Positions 27,522-36,933 are shown, counted from the stretch's first letter. The stretch: 55,121 bases of DNA from an uncultured Verrucomicrobiota bacterium (GCA_964448135.1 CAYUVH010000013.1:1-55121); one strand, 5' to 3'. Notes: generated by a model not told the origin, from the sequence alone. A program made the numbers and translations.

Positions 27522-29621
27522 ATGAAAACCATGCTTCGTCTTCGTTACACTCTCCTGGCCGCCGGGGTGGCGCTGGTGTGCGCTTCAGCCGTCGCCGCGC
27601 CCGTCACGAACTGGCATACGTTCAAGGCGTCCCCGGCCACGACGCTCGCCGGCCAGGGCACCGGCAGTCCGACCTTTGGCAGCACGGCGGTGACATCGAG
27701 CGCCGGCTTCCTCGTCGGCTATTTTCAAGCGCTGTCGCTGACCAACGTGGGCGACCGCATCAATTTCACCTACCAATGCAGTTTCACCGACGCGGGCGGC
27801 ATGGCCAGCGCAGGCGACAATTTCCGCTACGCGCTTTTTGATCTGAACGGCCAGACGCCAGTGACCGCCGACAATACCGCGACGGCGGGCGTGACCGGCC
27901 AGACGGACAACTGGAGAGGCTATTGGTTTGGCCAAAAGGGAGGTGGGGGCGCCGGGAACGCCGGCAGCATTCGCGAACGCACGAACGCGCTTGCGTCCGG
28001 CGCCAATATTTTTTCCGCCACGGCGCCCAACACCAGCGCGCCGTCGATCGGCACACCCGCGGGAGCGAACATCCTGCTGGTAAGCTCGACGGGCACCTCG
28101 GGGCCGACTTACACGGGCACCATGGCCCTGGAAAAAACGCCCACGGGCGTGGCAGTAGCGGGAATCCTGGGTGGAAATGGAGCCACGAACATCTATGTGG
28201 CGACTGATGACGCTCCGCCGACGCCGGTCAATTACGGCGCGGTGGCCTGGTTGAATGGCGGCCCGCTGAGCTGCGACCAGTTCAATTTCCAGAATGTGGA
28301 CGTGAGTTACGTGGCTTCGAACGCGCTCGCCTTTGTGGTGCAGCCGGTGAGCACGACAGTCAATGTCGGCCAGCCGGTGACTTTCAGCGCCGTGTGGACG
28401 GGCAGCGGCATCATTCCGCGCGTGCAATGGCGCGAAAACGGCAGCGACCTAGTGGGTGAAACGAATTCCACCTACACCATCGCCGCGGCCAGCTTCGGCC
28501 AGAGCGGGTTCACCTACAGCGTCGTGGTGAGCAATGTTTTCGGCGACGGCATTGTGAGCACCAACGCGGTGCTGACCGTGAACAATGACACGAACCCGCC
28601 CACGGTATTGTCGGTTTCGAGCATCGCTTCGAACATTCTGAACGTGGTGTTTTCGGAGCCGGTGGATTCGGCCACCGCGCAGGACAGCGGCAGCTACACG
28701 CTGGCGGGCAATTCGTTTTCGGCATTCACGATGATTGGAACGACGAATGTCCAGCTCACCGCTGACAACCTAATCGCGACCAATTTCACCTTGTCGGTGC
28801 AAAATGTGAAGGACACCAGCGGTAACACGATGGCGTCCACGAATCTCTTCGGCTATGCACTGGGCTTTCAGAATTCCCAGACCATCGCCACGACCGGCGC
28901 GGGTTTTGCCTTCAACGACAAGGAATACCTCTACGCCAGCGGTTCGGACATCTTCGGCACGGGCGACCAGTTCCAATACGTTTACAAGCCGGTGTCGGGC
29001 GACTTCGACCTGCAGGTGAAAGTCGAATCGTTGCAGAACACGGACGCGAACGCCAAGGCGGGTCTCATGGCGCGGCTTAACACGTTCTTCGATGCGCGTA
29101 ATGTGATGATTGAAGCGACGCCCGCGCGATTCATTTTCCAATATCGCACGAACTCGGGCTCGGGCAGCGAAGCACTAACCACGCCGCGCCCGCCGACGGC
29201 CTTCCCGAATTGCTGGGTGCGGTTGAAGCGGGTGGGCTCGGTCATCAGCGGTTACTCGGCGACGAATTCCGGTTCGTGGACATTCGTGGGCAGCCTGGAT
29301 ACGGCGGCGAGTCCGGAGGGCGCGTATCCGGCGGATATCCTGATCGGCCTCGCGGCGACCAGCCATAACACGAGCCAACAGACGGTCGCGGTGTTCAGCG
29401 GGTTTGCGAACGCGGTGGCGACGTCGGCGTTGTCCATCGTGAACAATCATGACGGCACAGTGACGGTCAGTTGGTCCTCCGGGGCGACCGGTCTGAATCT
29501 GCAAGCGACCCCGAGTGTCACGGCACCTGTGACGTGGACAAACGTCCCGAACAGCAACCTGACCAATCAAATGACACTGCCCGTGGGTCCGGGCGCGTCT
29601 TACTTCCGGCTGAGCAATTGA
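27522..29621 (+). CDS. Secreted paralog of the PEP-CTERM protein N-domain fused to Ig-like/beta-sandwich domains
   Basis: Signal peptide. Its N-terminal approximately 230 aa are clearly homologous to the upstream gene (APVTNWHTFKA..., DNFRYALFDLNGQ, YWFG). Ig-like (FVVQPVSTTVNVGQPVTFSAVWTG...) and further beta-rich domains follow. No PEP-CTERM tail. Confidence 0.7.
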   Translation: MKTMLRLRYTLLAAGVALVCASAVAAPVTNWHTFKASPATTLAGQGTGSPTFGSTAVTSSAGFLVGYFQALSLTNVGDRINFTYQCSFTDAGGMASAGDNFRYALFDLNGQTPVTADNTATAGVTGQTDNWRGYWFGQKGGGGAGNAGSIRERTNALASGANIFSATAPNTSAPSIGTPAGANILLVSSTGTSGPTYTGTMALEKTPTGVAVAGILGGNGATNIYVATDDAPPTPVNYGAVAWLNGGPLSCDQFNFQNVDVSYVASNALAFVVQPVSTTVNVGQPVTFSAVWTGSGIIPRVQWRENGSDLVGETNSTYTIAAASFGQSGFTYSVVVSNVFGDGIVSTNAVLTVNNDTNPPTVLSVSSIASNILNVVFSEPVDSATAQDSGSYTLAGNSFSAFTMIGTTNVQLTADNLIATNFTLSVQNVKDTSGNTMASTNLFGYALGFQNSQTIATTGAGFAFNDKEYLYASGSDIFGTGDQFQYVYKPVSGDFDLQVKVESLQNTDANAKAGLMARLNTFFDARNVMIEATPARFIFQYRTNSGSGSEALTTPRPPTAFPNCWVRLKRVGSVISGYSATNSGSWTFVGSLDTAASPEGAYPADILIGLAATSHNTSQQTVAVFSGFANAVATSALSIVNNHDGTVTVSWSSGATGLNLQATPSVTAPVTWTNVPNSNLTNQMTLPVGPGASYFRLSN

Positions 29622-29686
29622 AGTTGTCCGAATCCAGACGGGAGCGCGGCTGTGCTCAGCCGCAGTGGCAACGATTTGTCAGGCGC

Positions 29687-30967
29687 GTGACAATTGATTC
29701 CAGGGTTGGCTTGCGTTTGCGAGCGCTGCGGCTGAGGACAGCCGCGCTCCGGGGATTGGCGTTGGTCGGCGCGATGACAATTTGGTCCGCAACCGCGGCC
29801 ATCACCTACGTGGACGCCACCACCTCCAACACCACTCTCTCAGGCACAGCACTGAACGCTGGTGTGAATTACACCACCGGCGCGGGACAAGGCGCGATGG
29901 ACAATCTCTGGCACCTGCGCACGGGCGTGGGAAATGGCAACGGCGTTTGGACGGCGGGAGAACTGACCAATGGCACCGAGAACGTGACCCCGCTGGTGAC
30001 GACCATTTCCTTTCCCAGTGCGGGAGGTTACAGCGTGTTCGCCTACATCTGGGATTCGACCGATCCGGGCGAAGACTGGGACGCCCGCGTGCGACCCGGC
30101 AGCGCGAGCATCTACCATAAAATCCAGGCGTCCGAAGCTGAAGCGGCCAATCCCGTCCGTTTCACGAATGCGGTGGTTACGAGTGAGAGTCCACGCCAAC
30201 TGATTCAAATTCCCCTCGGGGTCGTAGTCGTTACCAACGGCGGCACGGTCCAGGTTTATGTGGATGACGATACTACTACCGGGTCACGGGCCACCTGGTA
30301 CGACGGTGTCGGTTACGAAAAGGTTTTCGGCGCACTTGGCGACCGCGTGGTGGCGATCGATTTCAACAAGACGAACACCCCTGGCGCTCCATCGCAGGCA
30401 ATGTTCCGTTCGGTCTTCGGGTCCAGCACCACCAGCCAGAATTCAACGAGCGTCACCAAACAAATTGGATCCTGCACGATTCGGCTGACGAAGACCTCGG
30501 CAACCGCGTTTGATTTTCGCGGTGCCAACGGCGATTCCTCGCGCGCGATTCCCGGCGGACCGACGAGCCTTTCGTCACTCGTGGCGGATTTCATCGGCGC
30601 GCGCGACGGGACCATCAACCTTGCGTTGTCCAACCTGACGAGCGGTACATATCTCTTCCGGAGCTGGCACCTCGATACTTTTACCTCGGGCAACCTGGGC
30701 TACGCGCAGGGCATAAACGCGACGACGCCAAATGTGTTGCGCGCCCAGATCACCAATTCGCTCGTCGGGATCATCCAGCCCACCGCGCTCGGATCCTCCG
30801 GCCTCGGCACGAACTGGATCAGCGACACGGACATTCCCACGCTCTCTTTTCCCTTCACAGCCGACGGCTCCAATACCGTCATGATCAACCTTTCAACGAT
30901 CTACACGAATGGTGTGGATCGATTCATTCTCATGAACGGTTTTGAAGTGGACGCCACCACGCCATAA
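29687..30967 (+). CDS. Hypothetical secreted protein (Thr/Gly/Asn-rich)
   Basis: ORF trimmed to GTG 29687, which gives a signal-like RLRALRLRTAALRGLALVGAMTIWSATAA. An ATG at 29774 is the alternative. Shares weak motifs with the two upstream genes. No recognisable catalytic motif. Confidence 0.5.
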   Translation: MTIDSRVGLRLRALRLRTAALRGLALVGAMTIWSATAAITYVDATTSNTTLSGTALNAGVNYTTGAGQGAMDNLWHLRTGVGNGNGVWTAGELTNGTENVTPLVTTISFPSAGGYSVFAYIWDSTDPGEDWDARVRPGSASIYHKIQASEAEAANPVRFTNAVVTSESPRQLIQIPLGVVVVTNGGTVQVYVDDDTTTGSRATWYDGVGYEKVFGALGDRVVAIDFNKTNTPGAPSQAMFRSVFGSSTTSQNSTSVTKQIGSCTIRLTKTSATAFDFRGANGDSSRAIPGGPTSLSSLVADFIGARDGTINLALSNLTSGTYLFRSWHLDTFTSGNLGYAQGINATTPNVLRAQITNSLVGIIQPTALGSSGLGTNWISDTDIPTLSFPFTADGSNTVMINLSTIYTNGVDRFILMNGFEVDATTP

Positions 30968-31104
30968 CGAGGAGTTGATGATGACAATCTCCGCAAATTT
31001 GATAAGCTGGCCGGTTCCAGGACGGGGTTTAGAGTCCGCTGCGGTATATCCTTGGAGCGCTCTCATTGACACCCCGCTTCAGCCCAATCCATACAGTTGG
31101 AGAA

Positions 31105-31225
31105 AAAAATCCCCTCATCCGCCGTCGCGAGGACGCTTCCGCCGTCGTCAAGACCATGGCGGACAGGATGGCGGGACAGGCCCCGGCCCTCTCCCGCTGG
31201 GAGAGGGAGAGCGTTTGGACGGCTC
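31105..31225. repeat. REP-like intergenic repeat element, copy 2 of 3
   Basis: aaaaaaaTCCCCTCAtcc...CCCTCTCCcgctGGGAGAGGGAGAGCGTTTGGACGG. Same head and tail as copies 1 and 3, with about 60 nt of extra internal sequence. Confidence 0.7.
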
Positions 31226-31442
31226 GGGTCGGCGTCACCATTTGGTGAAGGCGGCTCTCGAAGGCAATCGGAAATATGGAGCCTCGTTATCCCGCGTTGC
31301 GGGACTGCTACGAAAAACGACTGCCCGTCGCGAGAAACCGCTGAAGCGGTTTCAAGGAATTTTACAGCGCGTTTTCACCCCGCTGAAGCGGGGTGTTAAT
31401 GAGAGTCGGGTTGGAGTTCGAGGAAATTCCATTGTGCGCCTT

Positions 31443-33347
31443 ATGGCGGGCAGCGCTGGCAGCGCTATTTTTGGAGCGTTGCTGCTGGCGACGGTCGCGT
31501 CGGTTGCGGCGCCGTATAACGTGCTGTTCATCGCGGTGGACGATTTACGGCCGGAATTGAAGTGCTACGGCCTGTCGCACATGGTCACACCGAATATTGA
31601 CCGGCTCGCGAATTCGGGGCGGCTGTTCAAGCATCAGTATGTGTCGGTACCGACGTGCGGCGGCTCGCGCTTCGCGCTGATGACGGGCAAGCGGCCCACG
31701 ACGGTCGCGGACACCGGCAACGGCGCCTTTTCCCAACTGCCGACTTCGGAAGGCTCGAACCCCGAGACGTTTGCCCATCTGTTCCGCCGCAATGGCTGGC
31801 GCACCGCGTGTGTCGGGAAGATCAGCGACGAGCCGGACAGTTACGTGTGGAACGTCAGCTCCACGCTCGGCGGAGACGATCGCGGGCGCGTGTCGGTGAA
31901 TCATGTGGAAGCACCGTTTTCCTGGGATGAAATCATCTCGGGACCGGACAAGTGGGGCGCGCGCATCGATCCGCTGTTCAACTACGCAAACGGCACCGGC
32001 CGCACCTCAGGCTCTTCACCGGCATATGAAGTCGGAACCAATTTGACGGATGAAGGTTATCTGGATGCGTTTACGGCAAAAGCCGCCATCGCGAAACTCC
32101 AGGAATACAAGCAGGACGGCACGCGCTTTCTGCTGGCGGTCGGCCTCTTCAAGCCACATCTGCCGTTCAACGCGCCCAAGTCCGACTACGATCTTTACGA
32201 TCCGAACACGTTGCCTCCGCCATATCCCACCACCGCGCCAACGAATGCACTGGCAGGCACGGCCTCGCAGAGTTCCGAACTGAACAACTACAACCACGGG
32301 TATTATCCCGGCGATCCGGGCACGCACACGGATGACGCGTATCGCCGCAAACTCCGCTGGGCTTACGACGCGTGCGTCAGCTATTCCGATGCGCAAGTGG
32401 GCAAAATTCTCGATTCGCTGGACTCACTCGGGCTCGCAACCAATACGATCGTCGTACTCTGGGGAGATCACGGCTGGTGCCTGGATGATTACAACCTGCT
32501 TGGCAAACACATCGTCCTCGAGCGCGGCGTGCATTCGCCGCTGATTATTCGCGTGCCGGGCATGGCTTTCCCGGGCCGCGCTACGGAGGGAATCGTGGAG
32601 ACCATCGATATTTATCCCACGCTGGCCAAGCTCTGCGGCCTCACTCCTCCCGCAAATATCAACGGCACCAGCCTCATTCCCATGCTCAACAATCCCGACG
32701 CGCCGGGCAAGGGCTGGGCCTATTCGCGAGACCTTGATTCGCTCACGCAGGACAGCGTGCGCACCGATCGCTGGCGGTTGATTCGTGTGAATTCGGATTA
32801 TGATTTGTACGATTTCCAGGCGTACCCTTACGAAGTAACCGATGTGTCCGCGCAATACCCTGCGGTGGTAAGCGATCTCGTCTCCAACAAGTTGAACGTG
32901 CAGTCGACGCGAACCGGCACGACCAACTACAACACTTGGAAGCAAAATAATTTCACGCCCCAGGAAGCAACGAATGCCGCGGTCAGCGGCACACTGGCCG
33001 ATCCCGATGGCGATGGCGTGGCCAACCTCGATGAATTTATCGCCGGCACAAATCCAAAGAGCGCGGCCAGCAAGCCCGCGCTCATCGGCGAAGTGAAGGA
33101 TCTCTCCGCGTACGGCCTGCCCCAGAAATATTTCACCACGCGCTTTACAGCCTCGTCGTTGGTGGAGGACGTGTCCTTTACACTGGAAGGAGGATTGGAA
33201 TTCGGAGGCTGGAGTGCCGGTGCACTGGCGTTTGTCACCAATTCGCCGCTCGGCGCGGGCCTGTATGAGTTTTTGTTTCGCCTGACCAATTCAGTGAACT
33301 CGGCTGGCCAGGGTTTCGTTCGTTTGCGGGCCGAGCAAACGCCTTGA
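31443..33347 (+). CDS. Sulfatase-family (alkaline-phosphatase superfamily) protein with a variant C-G-G-S-R active-site motif and a C-terminal extension
   Basis: Trimmed to ATG 31443, which gives a signal peptide [23 protein letters not shown]. The sulfatase N-terminal region is [11 protein letters not shown]...[17 protein letters not shown] canonical sulfatase has C-x-P-x-R here. The roughly 180-aa C-terminal extension contains a [13 protein letters not shown] calcium-loop-like motif. Confidence 0.75.
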   Translation: MAGSAGSAIFGALLLATVASVAAPYNVLFIAVDDLRPELKCYGLSHMVTPNIDRLANSGRLFKHQYVSVPTCGGSRFALMTGKRPTTVADTGNGAFSQLPTSEGSNPETFAHLFRRNGWRTACVGKISDEPDSYVWNVSSTLGGDDRGRVSVNHVEAPFSWDEIISGPDKWGARIDPLFNYANGTGRTSGSSPAYEVGTNLTDEGYLDAFTAKAAIAKLQEYKQDGTRFLLAVGLFKPHLPFNAPKSDYDLYDPNTLPPPYPTTAPTNALAGTASQSSELNNYNHGYYPGDPGTHTDDAYRRKLRWAYDACVSYSDAQVGKILDSLDSLGLATNTIVVLWGDHGWCLDDYNLLGKHIVLERGVHSPLIIRVPGMAFPGRATEGIVETIDIYPTLAKLCGLTPPANINGTSLIPMLNNPDAPGKGWAYSRDLDSLTQDSVRTDRWRLIRVNSDYDLYDFQAYPYEVTDVSAQYPAVVSDLVSNKLNVQSTRTGTTNYNTWKQNNFTPQEATNAAVSGTLADPDGDGVANLDEFIAGTNPKSAASKPALIGEVKDLSAYGLPQKYFTTRFTASSLVEDVSFTLEGGLEFGGWSAGALAFVTNSPLGAGLYEFLFRLTNSVNSAGQGFVRLRAEQTP

Positions 33348-34138
33348 ATATGAAAGCACACCATTCTTGCCGACCGACCGACCGTGGCGGCTCGGCGTTT
33401 ACCCTGATCGAACTGCTCGTGGTCATTGCCATCATCGCCATCCTCGCGGCGATGTTGCTGCCGGCGCTCTCCAAAGCGAAGGACCGCGCCATGCGCGTGT
33501 CGTGTCTCAGCAATCTCAAGCAACTGGCCGTGGGGATGCACTCCTATGCGATGGACCAGAATGATTACGTTTTGCCGGCGCGGCAGAATTATGTCCCCGT
33601 GGCGGTGGACCCGCCGCAGGCCGACGCGGCGAAAACCATCGGCCTCAACGTGGAGTCCAATTTCAATTCCACCGTGTGGAATTGTCCGGCCCGCCCGCGC
33701 GTATTTCCAGTTTACGAAGATACCTACAAGCAGTGGGTGATCGGCTACACGTATTTCGGCGGCATCACCAATTGGAATACACCCCTCGGAAATTTTCCGG
33801 GCCTGAGCCCGATCAAGCTCGGTACGTCCAAACCGCATTGGATGCTGGCCTCCGACGAAATCATACGCACGGGCACCTTCGCGTGGGGCACTTTCGATCC
33901 CGCCGCAACCGATCGCGATATCTTTGTAGGCTCACCGCCTCATCGCAATGGCTCGCAACTGCCCGTCGGCGCCAATGAAGTATTCGTGGACGGTTCCGCC
34001 TCGTGGATCAAAGCGGCTCTGCTGCGCAAGCTCGACACTTGGAACGGGCGGCTGACGTACTTTTACCAGGACCGCAAGGATTTCCCCACCGCGCTGGCGT
34101 CGCAATTGGACAGCACGAGCATGCAGATCGGGCCGTGA
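33344..34138 (+). CDS. Prepilin-type N-terminal cleavage/methylation-domain protein with C-terminal H-X9-DG-like (DUF1559) domain
   Basis: [31 protein letters not shown] is a type IV pilin-like N-terminus. The C-terminus [13 protein letters not shown] matches the DUF1559 'processing-associated' motif common in PVC bacteria. ATGA overlap with the sulfatase stop. Confidence 0.85.
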   Translation: MNMKAHHSCRPTDRGGSAFTLIELLVVIAIIAILAAMLLPALSKAKDRAMRVSCLSNLKQLAVGMHSYAMDQNDYVLPARQNYVPVAVDPPQADAAKTIGLNVESNFNSTVWNCPARPRVFPVYEDTYKQWVIGYTYFGGITNWNTPLGNFPGLSPIKLGTSKPHWMLASDEIIRTGTFAWGTFDPAATDRDIFVGSPPHRNGSQLPVGANEVFVDGSASWIKAALLRKLDTWNGRLTYFYQDRKDFPTALASQLDSTSMQIGP

Positions 34139-34265
34139 ATCATTCGCGATCCATTCCGAAATCTGGCCGCCTGCGGTGATGTCTGAGAACGAGAATTCTC
34201 ACTCCCCGATCCGTCTCCCGATAGAGGAGATGGTAAGGAAATGAGGGAAAGTTGGCGCGCTGTTA

Positions 34266-34514
34266 TCACCGGCCTAATTCGCGCCGCAAATGCTTTAAAG
34301 TCATCCGGGTCGACGGCTCTCGATCCAGTTCTGCGTCTCGTCGAAGAGCTTCCCGAACACCTTCATCCTCGTCCACCAGAACTGCAAGCAAAGAATCCAA
34401 AAGCTTCGAAGCCAGATTGGCTCGATCAGATTCGGATAGTCTCATCGCCTCTTGCTCGATTTCAGTCAGAGTGCGCACTCTGTGGAAATCTAATCGAGTT
34501 TTATTCAAGGACAA
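34266..34514 (-). CDS. Putative addiction-module component (TIGR02574-like antitoxin-type small protein), orphan
   Basis: 82 aa. EAMRLSESDRANLASKLLDSLL...REALRRDAE... matches my recollection of the 'putative addiction module component' family. It lies in a local lower-GC stretch with no partner toxin visible. Competing plus-strand ORFs overlap it and were rejected. Confidence 0.4.
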   Translation of the reverse strand: MSLNKTRLDFHRVRTLTEIEQEAMRLSESDRANLASKLLDSLLAVLVDEDEGVREALRRDAELDREPSTRMTLKHLRRELGR

Positions 34515-34975
34515 CTGCGTTTGCGATTAATGGCGAACCCACTGGTTATCAATGATTTCGAATAACCCGACTGGGATTTCAGCCACATCAACCCATTCTA
34601 CCTCGACTTAATCTCAAATCGAAATTTCTCGCTCACCATCAACCACTTGCGCGATTGCACTTGGAATCAAGGGACGCTTCGTGCAAACGTTTAACCGCTA
34701 GTTAAAGCAGCCTAAGCCGGCGCTCCTTCCTGGGCGCCGGCGCGGGGGACCCAAACTCCCGGACACAGGTCCGGGACGGGGCGAACGGCCAAGGGTAACT
34801 TTGGCCAAGGTCACTTCCATGACCGAGCCCGTCAGCTAACCTCGTCGGCCCTTGGAAGGGCGATCCTCTAGGGTCCCGCGTGTGCGGGCTCCACGTTCAC
34901 CCAGTCGTAAAACGCGCTGCGCGCGTCCCCTGCGGGGCGATACCCTGCCGCGCGCCGCCATATCGGAGACTGGTT

Positions 34976-36781
34976 ATGTTGAGAATGTTTTTGAACCTCG
35001 CGATGGAGCACCCGATCCTTTCTTTGTTCGGCCTGCTCTTCGTCTTCTGTTTGCTGGCGCCAACTTTGACGGGCGCGGTGTTGATCCGCGAACGCCAGGT
35101 GGGCGTCGTGGTTAAAAAATTCGGTTCGAGCTCGCTGCCGCCGGGGCGGTTGGTTGCCCTCGCGGGCGAATCCGGTTACCAGGCGGACACGCTCGCGCCC
35201 GGCCTGCACTTCGGTTACTTCCGCTGGCAGTATCGCATTCTCAAAATGCGGCTGGTGGTGGTGCCGCAGGGTGAAATCGCCCTCGTGGTGGCCGCCGATG
35301 GCGCAGCCACGCCGTCGGGCCGCATCCTGGGGAAAGTCGTTGATTGCGACAATTTCCAGAACGCGCGCCAGTTCCTCACGAACGGCGGTGAAAAGGGACG
35401 GCAACTCGCCATCCTCACCGCCGGCACGTACCGGATCAACCAGGCGTTGTTCACGGTGATCACGTCCGAGACGGCCGAGGAGCATGGCATGTCCCTCGCG
35501 CAGCTGCTTCTGCATCGCGTGGAGCCGGACATGGTCGGCATCGTCACGACGCTCGACGGCCGGCCCATCGAAGCTGGTGAAATCGCCGGCCCAATGGTGG
35601 CCGGGCATGAGAACTTCCAGAACGCGCAGGCGTTCATGGATGGCGACGGACGGCGCGGCTTGCAGGAGCAAGTCCTGCTCTCCGGCACGTGGAACATCAA
35701 CCCGTGGTTCGTCCAGGTTGAACAAGTGCCGATGGTGCAGATACCGATCGGTTATGTCGGCGTGGTCATCTCCTTCGTTGGGAAAGCCCACGTGGACGTG
35801 AGCGGCCTGGAATTCAAACATGGCGACCTCGTGAATCTGGGACACAAGGGTGTCTGGGTGTCGCCGTTGTATCCGGGCAAGCATCCGTTGAATACGCGCG
35901 TGATGAAGGTGGAACTGGTGCCCACGACGAATATCGTGCTGAACTGGGCAACCCGCATCGAGGCGCATCATTATGACGAGAAGCTCTCGTCCATCACCGT
36001 GCGCTCGAAGGACGGGTTCGCCTTCAGCCTCGACGTGTCGCAGATCATCCACGTCGGCGCGCTCGACGCGCCGAAGGTCATCTCGCGCGTCGGCTCGATG
36101 CAAAACCTGGTGGACCATGTGCTGCAGCCGATTGTCGGAAATTATTTCCGCAACTCGGCCCAGGGCTACACGGTGCTCGACTTTTTGAGCGCCCGCAGCC
36201 AGCGGCAGATCGAAGCCGCCGAGCACATCCGCGCGGCGCTGGGCGCTTATGACGTCCAGGCCATTGACACGCTCATCGGCGATATCAATCCGCCGGCCCA
36301 GCTCATGCAGACGCAGACCGAGCGGAAGATCGCCGAAGAACAGCGCAAGACCTACGAGGTGCAGGAAGCGGCGCAGAAACAGCGCCAGCAACTCGTGCGT
36401 CAGACCTCGCTGGCGGACATCCAGCAACAGGTCGTCGGCGCCGAGCAGGGCGTGAGCATCGCCGAACTGCACGCGAACGCGCAGATCAAACAGGCGACCG
36501 GCGAAGCGGAAGCCATCCGGTTGCACGCGCACGGCGAGGCCGAAGCCATCCGGGCGACGGGCCAGGCGAAAGCCGAAGCCTACAAAGTGGGCGTGGACTC
36601 ACTCGGCGCCCAAGGTTACACGGTCATGCAACTCATGCAGATCGTCGGCGAGCGCAATGTGCGCATCGTGCCGGACGTCGCCGTGAGCGGCGCGAACAGC
36701 AGCACCGGCCTCGTGGACGGGCTGTTGGGAATGATGTTGCGGAATCAGAACACTGCTTTCGCACCCGCGAAAACGAGTTGA
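34976..36781 (+). CDS. SPFH/band-7 (flotillin-like) membrane protein
   Basis: Trimmed to ATG 34976, which gives a TM helix (HPILSLFGLLFVFCLLAPT). It has an SPFH core and a long C-terminal coiled-coil rich in Ala/Glu/Gln (EAEAIRLHAHGEAEAIRATGQAKAEAYK), typical of flotillin/YqiK-like proteins. Confidence 0.8.
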   Translation: MLRMFLNLAMEHPILSLFGLLFVFCLLAPTLTGAVLIRERQVGVVVKKFGSSSLPPGRLVALAGESGYQADTLAPGLHFGYFRWQYRILKMRLVVVPQGEIALVVAADGAATPSGRILGKVVDCDNFQNARQFLTNGGEKGRQLAILTAGTYRINQALFTVITSETAEEHGMSLAQLLLHRVEPDMVGIVTTLDGRPIEAGEIAGPMVAGHENFQNAQAFMDGDGRRGLQEQVLLSGTWNINPWFVQVEQVPMVQIPIGYVGVVISFVGKAHVDVSGLEFKHGDLVNLGHKGVWVSPLYPGKHPLNTRVMKVELVPTTNIVLNWATRIEAHHYDEKLSSITVRSKDGFAFSLDVSQIIHVGALDAPKVISRVGSMQNLVDHVLQPIVGNYFRNSAQGYTVLDFLSARSQRQIEAAEHIRAALGAYDVQAIDTLIGDINPPAQLMQTQTERKIAEEQRKTYEVQEAAQKQRQQLVRQTSLADIQQQVVGAEQGVSIAELHANAQIKQATGEAEAIRLHAHGEAEAIRATGQAKAEAYKVGVDSLGAQGYTVMQLMQIVGERNVRIVPDVAVSGANSSTGLVDGLLGMMLRNQNTAFAPAKTS

Positions 36782-36808
36782 GCCGCAAGGCTCCGCCAAG
36801 GGGGAAGT

Positions 36809-36844
36809 GGGGCGGACGGGAAACCGTCCGCCCCGCTATTTTTC
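36809..36844. terminator. Strong intrinsic terminator after the flotillin-like gene (possibly bidirectional)
   Basis: ggggcggacgg-gaaa-ccgtccgcccc is a perfect 11-bp stem, followed by gctatttttc on the plus strand. It lies between convergent genes. Confidence 0.6.
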
Positions 36845-36849
36845 ATACC

Positions 36850-36933
36850 GTAGCAGCCGAGGTAACGAGGCTACATTTATTCGGAAGCGCCAAGGCGTCC
36901 GTTAAGATGGAGCCTCGTTACCTCGGCTGCTAC
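36850..36933. repeat. 23-bp perfect inverted repeat with 38-nt spacer spanning the stop codon of the minus-strand gene
   Basis: gtagcagccgaggtaacgaggct (36850-36872) and agcctcgttacctcggctgctac (36911-36933). The right arm lies inside the last codons of the AcpS/LpxL fusion gene, and a T6 run follows on the plus strand. Confidence 0.6.

Noticed and set aside
31443-31450. The ORF-track start at 30942 for the sulfatase gene (801 aa)
   Set aside because: The first roughly 165 residues translate the REP-like element and hairpins (low complexity, with no signal peptide). The internal ATG at 31443 gives a canonical signal peptide directly before the sulfatase domain.
34241-34555. 104-aa and 92-aa plus-strand ORFs overlapping the antitoxin-like gene
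   Set aside because: No recognisable family. The minus-strand 82-aa ORF has a recognisable addiction-module-component-like pattern, but I keep its confidence low.
34758-34810. Possible SRP RNA (ffs), based on the AGGUCCGG...GCCAAGG string
   Set aside because: The AGGUCC segment is the 3' arm of a simple perfect hairpin (cccggacACAGgtccggg), incompatible with SRP RNA helix 8 where it forms the 5' arm. There is no GGAA/GNRA apical loop in the right context.
34868-36532. 554-aa minus-strand ORF
   Set aside because: Antisense to the SPFH/flotillin gene. The plus-strand frame has a TM helix, SPFH core and coiled-coil.
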